Positions 1 to 10,772 of a stretch of 44,261 nucleotides of DNA are shown piece after piece. Position 1 is the first letter of the stretch, and each line of letters opens with the position of its first letter. The position numbers and the translations under genes were made by a program. The DNA is from an uncultured Clostridia bacterium. Lineage in GTDB: Bacteria; Bacillota; Clostridia; Christensenellales; UBA1242. The notes under the pieces are model-generated. The model did no database searches, had not been told where the DNA came from, and worked only from the letters and a program-made list of their open reading frames with translations. The DNA is taken from assembly GCA_905235485.1 (NCBI GenBank), contig CAJOLY010000001.1:1-44261 (forward strand), in the 5' to 3' direction.

Positions 1-174
1 GAAATTAAGATATCCATAATTTCTCTACATATATTTTACACGCTTTGTCAGATTTTAGCAAACAATTTTGTGTAGGTTGTAAAAAAATGTCAAATTTTTA
101 ATTTGCGTATGATATTTAGAATGAAAATTGATAATTTTTTGATTTCTACACACAATATTAGTGTGGAGGTTATT

Positions 175-309
175 ATGTGTGACAATTTAATTTTAGGAAT
201 GGCTATTGGTTTTATGGCCGGAGCAATTGTTGTTCACAACAATCAAAAGGCATCAGAGTTTATAGAAGATGGCAAAGAAAAACTTAAAGAGACAATAGAC
301 AAAATTTAA
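175..309 (+). CDS. Small membrane protein, YtxH-like (44 aa)
   Basis: GGAGG RBS before ATG 175 (better than the ORF-track start at 103); hydrophobic LILGMAIGFMAGAIVV followed by a charged tail. Confidence 0.6.
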   Translation: MCDNLILGMAIGFMAGAIVVHNNQKASEFIEDGKEKLKETIDKI

Positions 310-313
310 TTTT

Positions 314-336
314 GGGCTAAAATATAGCCCTTTTTT
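314..336 (+). terminator. Intrinsic terminator
   Basis: GGGCTA-aaata-TAGCCC followed by T6. Confidence 0.7.
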
Positions 337-339
337 GTT

Positions 340-367
340 TTGACAATTTGTTTATATATGGTAAAAT
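340..367 (+). promoter_or_regulatory. SigA-type promoter for ruvX
   Basis: TTGACA 340-345 and extended -10 TGgTAAAAT 359-367. Confidence 0.6.
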
Positions 368-382
368 TAAATTGAGGTTGAA

Positions 383-796
383 GTGAATAGGCTTGGACTT
401 GATATTGGTAAAGCTCGAATTGGTGTTGCAATAAGTTATTCAATTCTTGCAACAAATTTAGAGACAATTCAGTGTAAAACGTGGACTAAAGATACAAATC
501 ACATAGCAGAAATCGTAGAAAAAGAAAATATTGATGAGGTCATAGTTGGACTTCCGCTCAATATGGATGGAACTGAGAGCGAAATGTGTGAGTATGCAAA
601 AAATTTTTGTAAAATGCTTCAAAGCAAAATCAACTCAAAAATTATTTTTGTGGATGAAAGGCTTTCAAGCATATCAGCAGAGCATATTATGCACTCTTCA
701 CAAGTCAAAACATCAAAAAAGAAAGGCCTAATTGACCAAATCGCAGCGACTATTATACTTCAAAGTTATTTGGATAGTCGAAAGGAGAGTTTATGA
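383..796 (+). CDS. ruvX: Holliday junction resolvase-like / pre-16S rRNA nuclease YqgF
   Basis: LGLDIGKARIGVA, VGLPLNMDG, VDERLSS and IDQIAATIILQSYL motifs. Confidence 0.95.
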   Translation: MNRLGLDIGKARIGVAISYSILATNLETIQCKTWTKDTNHIAEIVEKENIDEVIVGLPLNMDGTESEMCEYAKNFCKMLQSKINSKIIFVDERLSSISAEHIMHSSQVKTSKKKGLIDQIAATIILQSYLDSRKESL

Positions 797-1122
797 AAAA
801 AGAAGAAAAAGAATTAAATATGGAAAATGCAATTGATGCTTTGTTTGATGAAAACAACACAGAAAATATCAAATTGTATAACGAAAAAGATGAAGAAGTT
901 GAATTTGAGCAAATAGCACTTATTCCACTAGATGATATTGTTTATGTAATTTTAAAGCCAGCAATGAAAATTGAAGGCATTGCTGATGATGAAGCATTTG
1001 TTTTTGAAATTGTTGAAGACGAAGAAAATGGTGAATTGTTAAGACTTGTTGAAGATGATAAAATCATCGATGCAGTATTTGAAGATTATAACAAATTGCT
1101 TGATGAAGAGAACAACAAGTAA
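793..1122 (+). CDS. DUF1292-family acidic protein
   Basis: Very acidic 109 aa protein in the usual position downstream of ruvX in Firmicutes. Confidence 0.75.
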   Translation: MKKEEKELNMENAIDALFDENNTENIKLYNEKDEEVEFEQIALIPLDDIVYVILKPAMKIEGIADDEAFVFEIVEDEENGELLRLVEDDKIIDAVFEDYNKLLDEENNK

Positions 1123-1142
1123 TAGAATTTAATTTTAAACTG

Positions 1143-1171
1143 AAAGCTATGGTATTTATCATAGCTTTTTT
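1143..1171 (+). terminator. Intrinsic terminator
   Basis: AAAGCTATG...CATAGCTTT plus T-tract. Confidence 0.7.
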
Positions 1172-1276
1172 AAATTAAAAAAATGTTATGCTTTATTTTT
1201 ATAACAAAATAGTTCATAAAATTTCAAAAAAAATCATATAAATCTAATATGTGACAAATGCCACTAAAGGGGATAT

Positions 1277-1978
1277 ATGATATTAGATTCGTTTATAAAT
1301 TTTCTAGGAAAAATTATGTGTTTTTCAAGTTTTGTTGGAAATGCCACAGGTTTTCCTAAACCATTGACAGCACAGGAAGAAAAAAATCTTGTTGCAAAAA
1401 TGGAAGCTGGAGATAAAAAAGCGAGAAAGAGGCTTATTGAGCACAATTTGAGACTTGTTGCTCATATCGTAAAAAAATATTCTAACGCAGGTGATGCAGA
1501 TGACTTTATCAGTGCAGGTACAATTGGACTAATAAAAGGAATTGATACATTCAAAAGTGAAAAAGGAAGTCAACTTTCAACATATTGTGCAAGATGCATT
1601 GAAAATGAAATTTTGATGCTTATTAGAATAAACAAAAAGCATAACCAAGTGTATAGTTTGGAAGATACATTGGGAGAGGATAAGGACGGAAACGAAATCA
1701 CACTTGAAGATACAATTGGCAGTGAAACTGACGAACTTGCTTCTCAAACTGAAAACAATATTTTAGCTGAAACAATAGATAACCTTTTAAAGGATAAATT
1801 ATCAACAAGAGAATATCAAATTTTGTGTATGCGATATGGATTAAAAAACACGCCAGCACTCACACAAAGAGAAGTTGCAAAAAAATTAGGTATTTCTCGT
1901 TCATATATCTCAAGACTTGAAAGTAAAGCACTATCCACAATAAAAAATAACATAAAAGATAGAAATCTATTTGAATGA
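1277..1978 (+). CDS. sigK: Sporulation sigma factor pro-sigmaK (uninterrupted)
   Basis: Hydrophobic pro-sequence then FPKPL; LIEHNLRLVAHIVKKY, TYCARCIENEILM, TQREVAKKLGISRSYISRLE. Confidence 0.92.
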   Translation: MILDSFINFLGKIMCFSSFVGNATGFPKPLTAQEEKNLVAKMEAGDKKARKRLIEHNLRLVAHIVKKYSNAGDADDFISAGTIGLIKGIDTFKSEKGSQLSTYCARCIENEILMLIRINKKHNQVYSLEDTLGEDKDGNEITLEDTIGSETDELASQTENNILAETIDNLLKDKLSTREYQILCMRYGLKNTPALTQREVAKKLGISRSYISRLESKALSTIKNNIKDRNLFE

Positions 1979-2258
1979 TTCAAATTTAATCTTTTATAAT
2001 AAGTAAAAAATTGGAAGCAACTATCACAGTATTTGACATTTAATCTAAAAAATAAAATTTTTTGTTCGTTTATTTCATTTCTAATTAAATTGCAGCATTT
2101 TTTGATTTATCTCACAATATATTACTTTGAGATAAATCTTTTTATATATAGATATCAAAAAAATTAAATTTTTTTTAACAAAATCTAAAAAAGTATTTCA
2201 CTTTATTTTATTTTTAGTTTATACTAGATGAGGTATAAATAAAAAGGAAGGAAAAAAA

Positions 2259-4355
2259 ATGGAAATAGGAAAGATTTTCCACACAACAATCGGTGGGCGA
2301 GATGTTACCATCGAAACAGGGAAGTATTGTGGACAAGCCAATGGACATTGTATTATATCTTGTGGTGAAACAAGTGTTATGGTCAATGTTACTATGGCAA
2401 AACAACCAAGACCGGGAATGGACTTTTTCCCACTTGGCGTTGATTATGAAGAAAAAATGTATGCAGTTGGAAGAATTCCAGGTGGGTATAAAAGAAGAGA
2501 AGGTAGACCTTCAGACAAAGCTATCATAACAAGTAGACTTATTGATAGACCAATAAGACCGCTTTTTGAAAAAGGTTTTTACAATGATGTTGCTGTTGTT
2601 GCAACACCACTTTCAGTTGAAGAAGATATTTCACCAGAAATTCTTGCAATGCTTGGAAGTTCAATTGCTCTCTCAATAAGCGATATACCATTTGCAGGGC
2701 CAACAGGAAGTGTTCAGGTTGCACTTATTGATGACAAATATATCATCAATCCAAATAAAGATGAAAGAGAAAAAAGTTTGATTAACCTTACAGTTTCTGG
2801 AACTGAAGAAGCAATTTTGATGGTTGAAGCTGGAGCAAAAGAAGTTAGTGAAGAACAAATGCTTCAAGGAATTTTGTTTGCTCACGAGGCAATCAAAGAA
2901 CAATGCAAGTTCATCAAAAAAATGCAAAAAGAAGTTGGCAAGAAAAAACAAAATATTGAAGTCTATCACGTTGATGCAAAAATAGATAAAGATGTTAGAA
3001 AATTTGCCGACAAATTGATGGATAAAGTTCTTGATGAATTTGATAGACACAAAAGAGATGCAAAAGAAGAAGAAATGAATGAAAAAGTATTCAATCATTT
3101 TGCAGATATATTAGAAGAACATCAAAAAGACATTGCAAATTCACTTTATAATCTCAAAAAAGAAAAAGTTAGAGCAAAAATCACTGAAAAAGGCGTTCGT
3201 CCAGATGGTAGAAGCACTCACGAAGTTAGACCAATATGGTGTGAAACAGGGCTTCTTCCAAGAGTTCACGGAAGTGCTGTTTTCACTCGTGGTGAAACAC
3301 AAGTTCTCACAACTTGTACGCTTGGCACTGTTGGTGATATGCAGGAAATTGAAGGCTTGCACGAAACTGATGAAGTTAAAAGATATATGCATCAATACAA
3401 TATGCCACCATATACAACAGGTGAGGCAAGGCCTTTAAAATCACCTGGAAGAAGGGAAATTGGCCATGGAACTCTTGCAGAAAGAGCGCTTGAACCAGTT
3501 CTTCCAAGTTTTGAACAATTCCCATATTGCATAAGAACAGTTAGCGATGTGCTATCTAGCAACGGCTCAACAAGCCAAGCAAGTGTTTGTGGAAGCACTC
3601 TTTCACTTATGGATGCAGGTGTTCCAATTTCCGCACCAGTTGCAGGTGTTGCTATGGGACTTATAAAAGAAGGTAAAAAAGTAACAGTACTCACTGATAT
3701 TCAAGGTCTTGAAGATTTCCTTGGCGATATGGACTTTAAAGTTGCTGGAACTGAAAAAGGTATCACAGCAATCCAAATGGATATAAAAATCAAGGGAATT
3801 GATGAGGATATACTTCGAACTGCTCTTGAACAAGCAAGACTTGGAAGACTTCACATTTTGGGCAAAATGCTTGAATGCCTTGATCACGTTCGTCCTGAGC
3901 TTTCAAAATATGCTCCAAAGATTTTGAGTTTGACTATTGACCCGGAAAAAATTGGTGATGTTATTGGGAAAAATGGAAGTGTCATTAACAAAATCATAGA
4001 AGAAACAGGTGTCAAGATTGACATTGAAGATGATGGACAAGTTTCAATTGCATCAAAAGATGAAGCAATGAATCAAAGAGCAAAAGAAATCATCTTGGGA
4101 ATCGTTGAAGATTTAGAAGTCACAAAAGAATATCTTGGTACAGTCACAAAGATTATGCAATTTGGTGCATTTGTTGAAATAGCTCCAACAAAAGAAGGAA
4201 TGATCCATATCAGCAAGCTTTCAAAAGATAGAATTGAAAAAGTTGAGGATGCGGTTAGTGTTGGTGATAAAGTTAAAGTGACTGTTATTAAAATTGACGA
4301 TAAGGGTAGAGTTGATTTAAAACTCATTGAAAATCTTTCAAAAAAAGCTGAATAG
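2259..4355 (+). CDS. pnp: Polyribonucleotide nucleotidyltransferase
   Basis: Two RNase PH domains (RLIDRPIRP, RREIGHG, DMDFKVAG) plus KH and S1 domains. Confidence 0.98.
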   Translation: MEIGKIFHTTIGGRDVTIETGKYCGQANGHCIISCGETSVMVNVTMAKQPRPGMDFFPLGVDYEEKMYAVGRIPGGYKRREGRPSDKAIITSRLIDRPIRPLFEKGFYNDVAVVATPLSVEEDISPEILAMLGSSIALSISDIPFAGPTGSVQVALIDDKYIINPNKDEREKSLINLTVSGTEEAILMVEAGAKEVSEEQMLQGILFAHEAIKEQCKFIKKMQKEVGKKKQNIEVYHVDAKIDKDVRKFADKLMDKVLDEFDRHKRDAKEEEMNEKVFNHFADILEEHQKDIANSLYNLKKEKVRAKITEKGVRPDGRSTHEVRPIWCETGLLPRVHGSAVFTRGETQVLTTCTLGTVGDMQEIEGLHETDEVKRYMHQYNMPPYTTGEARPLKSPGRREIGHGTLAERALEPVLPSFEQFPYCIRTVSDVLSSNGSTSQASVCGSTLSLMDAGVPISAPVAGVAMGLIKEGKKVTVLTDIQGLEDFLGDMDFKVAGTEKGITAIQMDIKIKGIDEDILRTALEQARLGRLHILGKMLECLDHVRPELSKYAPKILSLTIDPEKIGDVIGKNGSVINKIIEETGVKIDIEDDGQVSIASKDEAMNQRAKEIILGIVEDLEVTKEYLGTVTKIMQFGAFVEIAPTKEGMIHISKLSKDRIEKVEDAVSVGDKVKVTVIKIDDKGRVDLKLIENLSKKAE

Positions 4356-4370
4356 ATTTTAAAAAAAATT

Positions 4371-4437
4371 AAAAGTTTTGCATAGTACTTATATTTGCTA
4401 GTAAATACTAACAAATTTAGGTATTATGCAAACTTTT
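4371..4437. repeat. Palindromic intergenic element, copy 1 (probably also the pnp terminator)
   Basis: TTTGCATAGTAC...GTATTATGCAAA inverted arms; same arms as 14154-14200. Confidence 0.6.
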
Positions 4438-4527
4438 TTTTAAATTTTTATTTAAAATTTAATGTTGTTTAAAAAGAGTAAAAATAATTTAAAACATATA
4501 TGAAAAATAAATTGAATAAATTATTAT

Positions 4528-5247
4528 ATGAAAAAATTTTGTATTAAAAAGAGTTGGATTAGAACTTTTGTTATAAATTTAACAATTCTGGTTTGTATTG
4601 CATCTGTTTTTGGAGTTTGCTTTTGGACTGATAGCAGCGTTATTGCAAGTTCAAGTGGATACAAGGCAATTTATAGAGGAAATGAAAATAACAAAAATGT
4701 ATCACTTTGCATAAACATCTATTGGGGCACTGAATATGTTTTAAATATGCTTGATATTTTGGATGAAAATGATGCCAAGGCAACATTTTTTGTGGGTGGA
4801 ACGTGGGCAAGTCAAAATGTTGATGTTTTAAAAGAAATATATTCAAGAGGACATGAAATTGCAAATCATGGATATTATCACAAAGACCACAAACAAATTG
4901 ATTTATCAAGAAATATTCAAGAAATAAATTACACTCACAAGTTAATCAAAGAATTGATTGACGTTGAAATGAACTTATTTATGCCTCCAAGTGGTTCATA
5001 TGGTGCTCAAACACTAGAAGCAGCTGAAAGCCTTGGATATACAACAATTATGTGGAGCAAAGATACAATAGACTGGCGTGACCATGACACAAATTTGATA
5101 TGTTCACGTGCAACTAAAAATATGCAAAATGGCGACATTATTTTAATGCACCCAACTGAACACACAAAAGATGCATTGTCAAATATTATCGAATCATATA
5201 AAAATGCTGGATTTTCTGTTGTTACTGTGAGTGAAAACATTGCATAA
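4528..5247 (+). CDS. Polysaccharide deacetylase (NodB/CE4; YlxY/PdaB-like)
   Basis: N-terminal TM; KATFFVGG, HEIANHGYYH, FMPPSG, WSKDTIDW, GDIILMH; lies downstream of pnp. Confidence 0.9.
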   Translation: MKKFCIKKSWIRTFVINLTILVCIASVFGVCFWTDSSVIASSSGYKAIYRGNENNKNVSLCINIYWGTEYVLNMLDILDENDAKATFFVGGTWASQNVDVLKEIYSRGHEIANHGYYHKDHKQIDLSRNIQEINYTHKLIKELIDVEMNLFMPPSGSYGAQTLEAAESLGYTTIMWSKDTIDWRDHDTNLICSRATKNMQNGDIILMHPTEHTKDALSNIIESYKNAGFSVVTVSENIA

Positions 5248-5287
5248 AAAATTTGATTTTTATTTGTAAATATAATAAAATATAAAT

Positions 5288-6238
5288 ATGAAAAGGTTAA
5301 CTAAATTGATAGTATCATTTTGTTTAATATTTTTAGCCTTGTTTTTTGCGGGGTGTCGTAATAATGAAACACCAACAACTAAAACGATTAGGGTTGTGGG
5401 TTTTGGCGACAGCATTTCTGCTGGATTTGCTCCACAAAACACTGATTTATATTCGTACTATAACGACTATATCTCAGGAAAAACAAAGATAAATGCTAAA
5501 TGTTATACAAATATCTTAGCAAATTCTTTAAAAACTGAAAATAACAAAATAAATGCAATTAGCTATGCAGAAAGTGGTGACACAACCGATGATTTAGTAA
5601 ATAAGCTTAATGATATAAAAACATATCCTGATCTTTTAAATGATTCAAAAAAAGCAGACATTATCACTTTAAGCATTGGAGCCAACAATGTTTTAGGCCC
5701 AGTACTTGACAATATGCTTGATTATCTTGCAGGTAACATGTCAAAAGAAGAAATGACGCAAGTTTTGCAAAATGGATATGAGAATTTTAGGGATGACTAT
5801 ACTAACACAATTATACCAATTTTGACAAGAGGAAATGGTGTAGTACTAGTTATGACAATTTATGATCCATACAAATATTTTGATTTAACCGAATCCAATA
5901 TTAGTGGTATTATGGCTGATTTAATAGATGCGATAAATGACAAATTTGTTGAGCTAAAGGAATTAGCTATTGAATATATAAACAAAATCAATGATTATAT
6001 TAGGGCTCAAAAATTTGATAATGTTTTTGTTGTTGATGTTAATAATTCATTTGAAAACCTGTCAAAAGAAGACTATGTGAAATATCTTAATGTAAATTCA
6101 GAAGAATTGACTATTCAAGATATGTCAAATATACAAAATAGTGTTAATGTTGACCCCCATCCAACACTTGAAGGCCAAGAATATATCGGAAGTCTGTTTA
6201 GAGAAGAAATAAAAAAAATTTCAAATCAAAATGCTTAA
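5288..6238 (+). CDS. SGNH/GDSL hydrolase lipoprotein
   Basis: Lipobox FFAGC; GDSIS, ESG, IGANN and DPHP catalytic blocks. Confidence 0.85.
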   Translation: MKRLTKLIVSFCLIFLALFFAGCRNNETPTTKTIRVVGFGDSISAGFAPQNTDLYSYYNDYISGKTKINAKCYTNILANSLKTENNKINAISYAESGDTTDDLVNKLNDIKTYPDLLNDSKKADIITLSIGANNVLGPVLDNMLDYLAGNMSKEEMTQVLQNGYENFRDDYTNTIIPILTRGNGVVLVMTIYDPYKYFDLTESNISGIMADLIDAINDKFVELKELAIEYINKINDYIRAQKFDNVFVVDVNNSFENLSKEDYVKYLNVNSEELTIQDMSNIQNSVNVDPHPTLEGQEYIGSLFREEIKKISNQNA

Positions 6239-6286
6239 TATATATACAAATTTAAATTTGTCAATAATTTAAAACAAAGGATTAAA

Positions 6287-7552
6287 ATGATTAACACAAA
6301 GATTTTTAAAAATGGACTCAAACTTGTCGTTGAAGAAATGAAAGGTTTTGAGTCTGTGGCATTTAATATGTTTGTTGGTACCGGGAGCATAAATGAAACT
6401 CCCGATATTTTTGGCATTTCACATTTTATTGAACATATGCTTTTTAAAGGCACAAAAACAAGAAATGCATTTGAAATATCCAAAACTTTTGATATGCTTG
6501 GAGCAAATGTAAATGCTTACACAAACTATGAAGAAACTGATTTTTACACAAAAAGTGCAAGTGAAAATTTGGAAAAATGTGTTGAAATTATGAGCGATAT
6601 GCTTTTTAATTCAATTTTTGATAAAAAAGAAATTGAAAGAGAAAAACAAGTGGTTATTGAAGAAATCAAAATGTATGCTGATGACCCTGAAAGCAAGGCA
6701 ATCAGTCTTTTGAACAAAAATTTCTATGTCGGCACACCTTTTGAAAGAGACATTGCAGGAACCGTAAGCACTGTTAAAAATTTAACTCAAAACAAAATGT
6801 TTGCCTACAAAAACAGATATTATGTTCCTCAAAATATAACCCTTTCTTTTGCTGGAAATATTGATTTTGAAACTGCTCAAAAATTAGTTGAAAAATATTT
6901 TTTACCAAATTTCAAATTTAATGGTGAAAAGGTTGATAAAATTTTCAAAAAAACAAAAGCAATAACATACTCCAAAGCATATAAAGATAATTCGCAATCA
7001 CAAGTTTTGATTGCATTCCCAGGACTATATTTTGATGATAAAAATTTAGATCTAGGTAGGATTTTTAATGTTGCATTTGGAAGTGGCATGAGTAGTATTC
7101 TTTTTCAAAGTATAAGAGAAAAGTTAGGGCTAGTCTACTCGATATCAAGTTCTATTTTTACAAATTGTGCGGGTGGAGATATCACAATTGAACTGGCCAC
7201 CAGCACAAAAAATGTCGGGACAGCGCTTCTTGCAGTAAAAAACGAGATATTAAATATTTTAAACAATGGAATCACAAAAGAACAATTTGAAAATGCTAGA
7301 TCAAACCTCATGAGTAGCATAAGGCTTAGTTTTGAAAATACGTCTACAGTGAGTTTATTTAATGCAAAAAAGTTTGCAAAATTAGGCAAAGTTATTTCGA
7401 AGGAAGAATATATAAATTCAGTTAAAAATGCAAGATATGAAAATTTAAATAATTATTTAAAAAATCATTTTCAAACAGATAATTTTTCAGTGTCTGTTGT
7501 TGGAAGTAATATGAAAATTGATTTGAAGAAATATTTTAACTTTAATAATTAA
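6287..7552 (+). CDS. M16 (pitrilysin-family) zinc peptidase
   Basis: HFIEH inverted zinc motif, NAYT, IREKLGLVY. Confidence 0.93.
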   Translation: MINTKIFKNGLKLVVEEMKGFESVAFNMFVGTGSINETPDIFGISHFIEHMLFKGTKTRNAFEISKTFDMLGANVNAYTNYEETDFYTKSASENLEKCVEIMSDMLFNSIFDKKEIEREKQVVIEEIKMYADDPESKAISLLNKNFYVGTPFERDIAGTVSTVKNLTQNKMFAYKNRYYVPQNITLSFAGNIDFETAQKLVEKYFLPNFKFNGEKVDKIFKKTKAITYSKAYKDNSQSQVLIAFPGLYFDDKNLDLGRIFNVAFGSGMSSILFQSIREKLGLVYSISSSIFTNCAGGDITIELATSTKNVGTALLAVKNEILNILNNGITKEQFENARSNLMSSIRLSFENTSTVSLFNAKKFAKLGKVISKEEYINSVKNARYENLNNYLKNHFQTDNFSVSVVGSNMKIDLKKYFNFNN

Positions 7553-7764
7553 ATGTATTTTAAAAATTTTAAATTTTGTCAAAAATTAAAGCAATAAATT
7601 ATCTTAAATAATTGAAATTGCTTTTTTTTTATGATATTATATAATTATATTATATATAATGCTACTTTGTTTTTATAATTAAGTTAACAAAAGCTTGGCA
7701 TTGCAAAGAGTTGATTAAATTTTGTTAAAAATTTAAACAGCCATAAAATTTGTGGAGATGAATT

Positions 7765-10695
7765 GTGACATATTTTTCTAATCTTGAAAAGAAGATGAAT
7801 AATAGTGAAAAAAGACCTAAGTTGGGGAAGTCAAAAATAATTGCTATAGTTTTGACTATTGTTGCAACAATAGGTTATTTTTCATTATTTACAAATCTTA
7901 TTGGGTTTCTAAAACACTTCTTACTTGGAACATTTGGTATTTTTGCCTATGCACTTTTCACAAGTTTGTATCTTATCAGTGGAATGCTACTTAGAGGCAA
8001 AAGGTACAATATATCAAAAAGATACTTGATTGCACTTATTTTTTCACTTTTTAGCATTTTGGCAATATTCCATATGGCTTTTGGTGGAGGAATTAACCTT
8101 GATAGTTTTGGCCAATACCTAAGTGATATTTATAATATGCAAGCTTCTGTTGGTGGACTTTTGATGGGACTTGTTGTTTATCCTCTTCAAAAGTTTTTAA
8201 ATTTTGGAGCTTATATCCTCTTTGCTATTGTCTTGGTCATTTGTGTAACTATCATTTACAACGGAATTGCTGACGCAAAATCAATGTCAAAAATTGATTT
8301 CAAGTGGCTTAAAAAGAAAGATAAATATAAAACAAATGCACCAATTCAAAGCAAAAAAGCTGAGCCAGTTATTCAAAAAACACAGACAATAACAATTAAC
8401 ACAACACCAAATGAACTTCAACAAAACAAATCTGAAAGTGTTGGGCTAAATGCTGAAATTGAGAATGAATTAACAAGTAGAGAAATTGCAAGACGTAAGC
8501 TTGGGCTTGATAGAACTAATGAAAGGGAAGTTCGTTTTGAAAATAATTCAAATCAACTTGATACTTTTAACAAAAACTATATGAACGCTGGTGGAAGTGT
8601 TTTTTCTAGCAAAAACTACACTCAAAATTTGAGTGGGACTTTTGGATATAGCAGCATTGCCGAACCTCAACAAAAAAAATCGCAATCTGATGAAAATACT
8701 TATAGTGAATATAGAAAATTTATGGGGCTTGATACAATAAAGTCTTATGATGAAGAAAGCACGCAAAATGTATTTTCTTCAGCTTACACAGACTCATCAT
8801 ATAATCATGAAAATACTGAAACAAACGATGAAAAACTTTTTGGTGCTCCAAAACCAGAGCATGTCGCAACAAATATAAAATTCACTTATAGTTCACCAAG
8901 TGAAAAATCTGATTATTTGGACAAAATTTCAAATAGCCAAAACGATGAAGTTAAGCTTGATGTTGACATTGAAGAACAAAATGAAAGCAATTTAGATGAG
9001 ATTTTTGACAATAATCTACCAAAGAAAGATATTGAGCTTCCAAAGAGTTTTCAATCAGACAAATATAATTTTTCAAAAAAGTTTGACATTTCAGGTAAAA
9101 ATCCTATTGAAAGTGAAATTTCAAAAATTCAAGATTTCAAAAAACCTGTTGAGCCACATGTAGAGCAACCAAAACAAAAGATTCCTCAATATCATTACAC
9201 AAAACCAATTTTAGATTTGCTTTCAACCACCTCAACAGATCCAAGTCTTTATGGAGGAAATATTGAAGAAACAGGCCATAAAATTGAGGAAGTGCTTGAT
9301 GAATTCAAAATTCCAGCAAAAATTATTGGCATAACTCGTGGGCCAGCTGTGACAAGATATGAACTTGAAATGCCTGTTGGAATCAGCGTAAACAAAATTC
9401 CTGCACTTGAAAGTGATATATCAATGAGAATTGCAACAACAAAAAAGATTATGATTCAAGCTCCAATTCCAGGGATGAGTGCATTTGGAATTGAAGTTCC
9501 AAATGATAAAGTTGCAACCGTTTCACTTAAAGATGTTTTGTCTAGTGAAGCCTTTATACAAAGCAAATCACCATGCTCATTTGGTCTTGGAAAAGAAATC
9601 AATGGAGTGACTGATATTTGCGCTGTGAACAAAATGCCACACGTTTTGATTGCAGGAAGCACTGGCAGTGGTAAATCCGTTTGCTTAAATTCCTTGATTT
9701 TGAGTATTTTATATAAATCAAGTCCAGAGGATGTAAAATTTATTTTAATTGACCCAAAAAGAGTCGAATTTTCGATTTATGCAGGGCTCCCACATTTGGT
9801 TGTTCCTGATATTATTAGTGAACCTAAAAAGGCCGATAATGCTCTTGGATGGGCAATCAAAGAAATGGAAAAAAGATATATCTTGCTAGAACAATATAGG
9901 GTAAGAAATATTGATGAATTCAACCAACTTCAAGAAGTAAAAGATAGATATCTTCCAAAAATGCCATATATTATCATAATTATGGATGAGTTTGCTGACA
10001 TAATGCAAAGTGACTGTAAAGATATTGAAAACAAAGTTATAAAGCTAGCTGCAAAAGCAAGAGCTGCAGGAATTCATCTTGTACTTGCCACTCAAAGGCC
10101 AAGTGTAGATGTTTTGAGTGGAACAGCAAAAAATAACTTTCCTGCAAGAATCGCATTTTTCCTAACTTCCCAAACTGACAGCCGAACAATTCTTGGTTAC
10201 GGTGGAGCAGAAAACTTGCTTGGAAAAGGTGATATGCTTTACGTTGCACCAGGAAGCAATGAAGGAGCAAAACGACTCCAAGGCTGCTATGTTTCAGATG
10301 CTGAAGTTAAAGCAGTTGTTGACTATGTTATAACTCACAATGAGCCAATTTTTGATGAAAACATTGCAACAGAATTCAACAAAACCAAAGAAGCAGATAG
10401 CGTAAATCCAGATGGAACTTTTGATAGCTTCAATGATGGCGATGATGAATCTGAAATGCAAGAATATGCCCGAAATGTTATGAAAGAGTTTATAAGAGTT
10501 GGAAGAGCTAGTGCAAGCTATATTCAGCGAACTCAGAGGGTTGGATTTGTTAAAGCTGGAAGAATTATGGATTATCTTGAAAAGAAAAAATATATTGCAC
10601 AAGGTGACGGAACCGCAAAAGCTAGAGCTGTTTATATGACAAAAGAGCAATATATTGAAATTTTTGGAGATACAGATTTTGATAATCATGATTGA
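7765..10695 (+). CDS. ftsK: DNA translocase FtsK/SpoIIIE
   Basis: N-terminal TM bundle, long linker, IAGSTGSGKS, DEFAD, LATQRPS, C-terminal gamma domain. Confidence 0.96.
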   Translation: MTYFSNLEKKMNNSEKRPKLGKSKIIAIVLTIVATIGYFSLFTNLIGFLKHFLLGTFGIFAYALFTSLYLISGMLLRGKRYNISKRYLIALIFSLFSILAIFHMAFGGGINLDSFGQYLSDIYNMQASVGGLLMGLVVYPLQKFLNFGAYILFAIVLVICVTIIYNGIADAKSMSKIDFKWLKKKDKYKTNAPIQSKKAEPVIQKTQTITINTTPNELQQNKSESVGLNAEIENELTSREIARRKLGLDRTNEREVRFENNSNQLDTFNKNYMNAGGSVFSSKNYTQNLSGTFGYSSIAEPQQKKSQSDENTYSEYRKFMGLDTIKSYDEESTQNVFSSAYTDSSYNHENTETNDEKLFGAPKPEHVATNIKFTYSSPSEKSDYLDKISNSQNDEVKLDVDIEEQNESNLDEIFDNNLPKKDIELPKSFQSDKYNFSKKFDISGKNPIESEISKIQDFKKPVEPHVEQPKQKIPQYHYTKPILDLLSTTSTDPSLYGGNIEETGHKIEEVLDEFKIPAKIIGITRGPAVTRYELEMPVGISVNKIPALESDISMRIATTKKIMIQAPIPGMSAFGIEVPNDKVATVSLKDVLSSEAFIQSKSPCSFGLGKEINGVTDICAVNKMPHVLIAGSTGSGKSVCLNSLILSILYKSSPEDVKFILIDPKRVEFSIYAGLPHLVVPDIISEPKKADNALGWAIKEMEKRYILLEQYRVRNIDEFNQLQEVKDRYLPKMPYIIIIMDEFADIMQSDCKDIENKVIKLAAKARAAGIHLVLATQRPSVDVLSGTAKNNFPARIAFFLTSQTDSRTILGYGGAENLLGKGDMLYVAPGSNEGAKRLQGCYVSDAEVKAVVDYVITHNEPIFDENIATEFNKTKEADSVNPDGTFDSFNDGDDESEMQEYARNVMKEFIRVGRASASYIQRTQRVGFVKAGRIMDYLEKKKYIAQGDGTAKARAVYMTKEQYIEIFGDTDFDNHD

Positions 10696-10772
10696 TTATT
10701 TTATAAAATTTTAAGAAAATCACTAAAAAAATTGTGAAAAAAATGTAATTTAAGTTTAAAAGGAGTAAATTT

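Noticed and set aside
1214-1243. SigE-type promoter upstream of sigK (TCATA-16-CATATAAA)
   Set aside because: Biologically plausible, but the match is imperfect in very AT-rich DNA, so not called
1277-1978. skin-like element interrupting sigK
   Set aside because: sigK is one continuous ORF with its pro-sequence; no recombinase nearby
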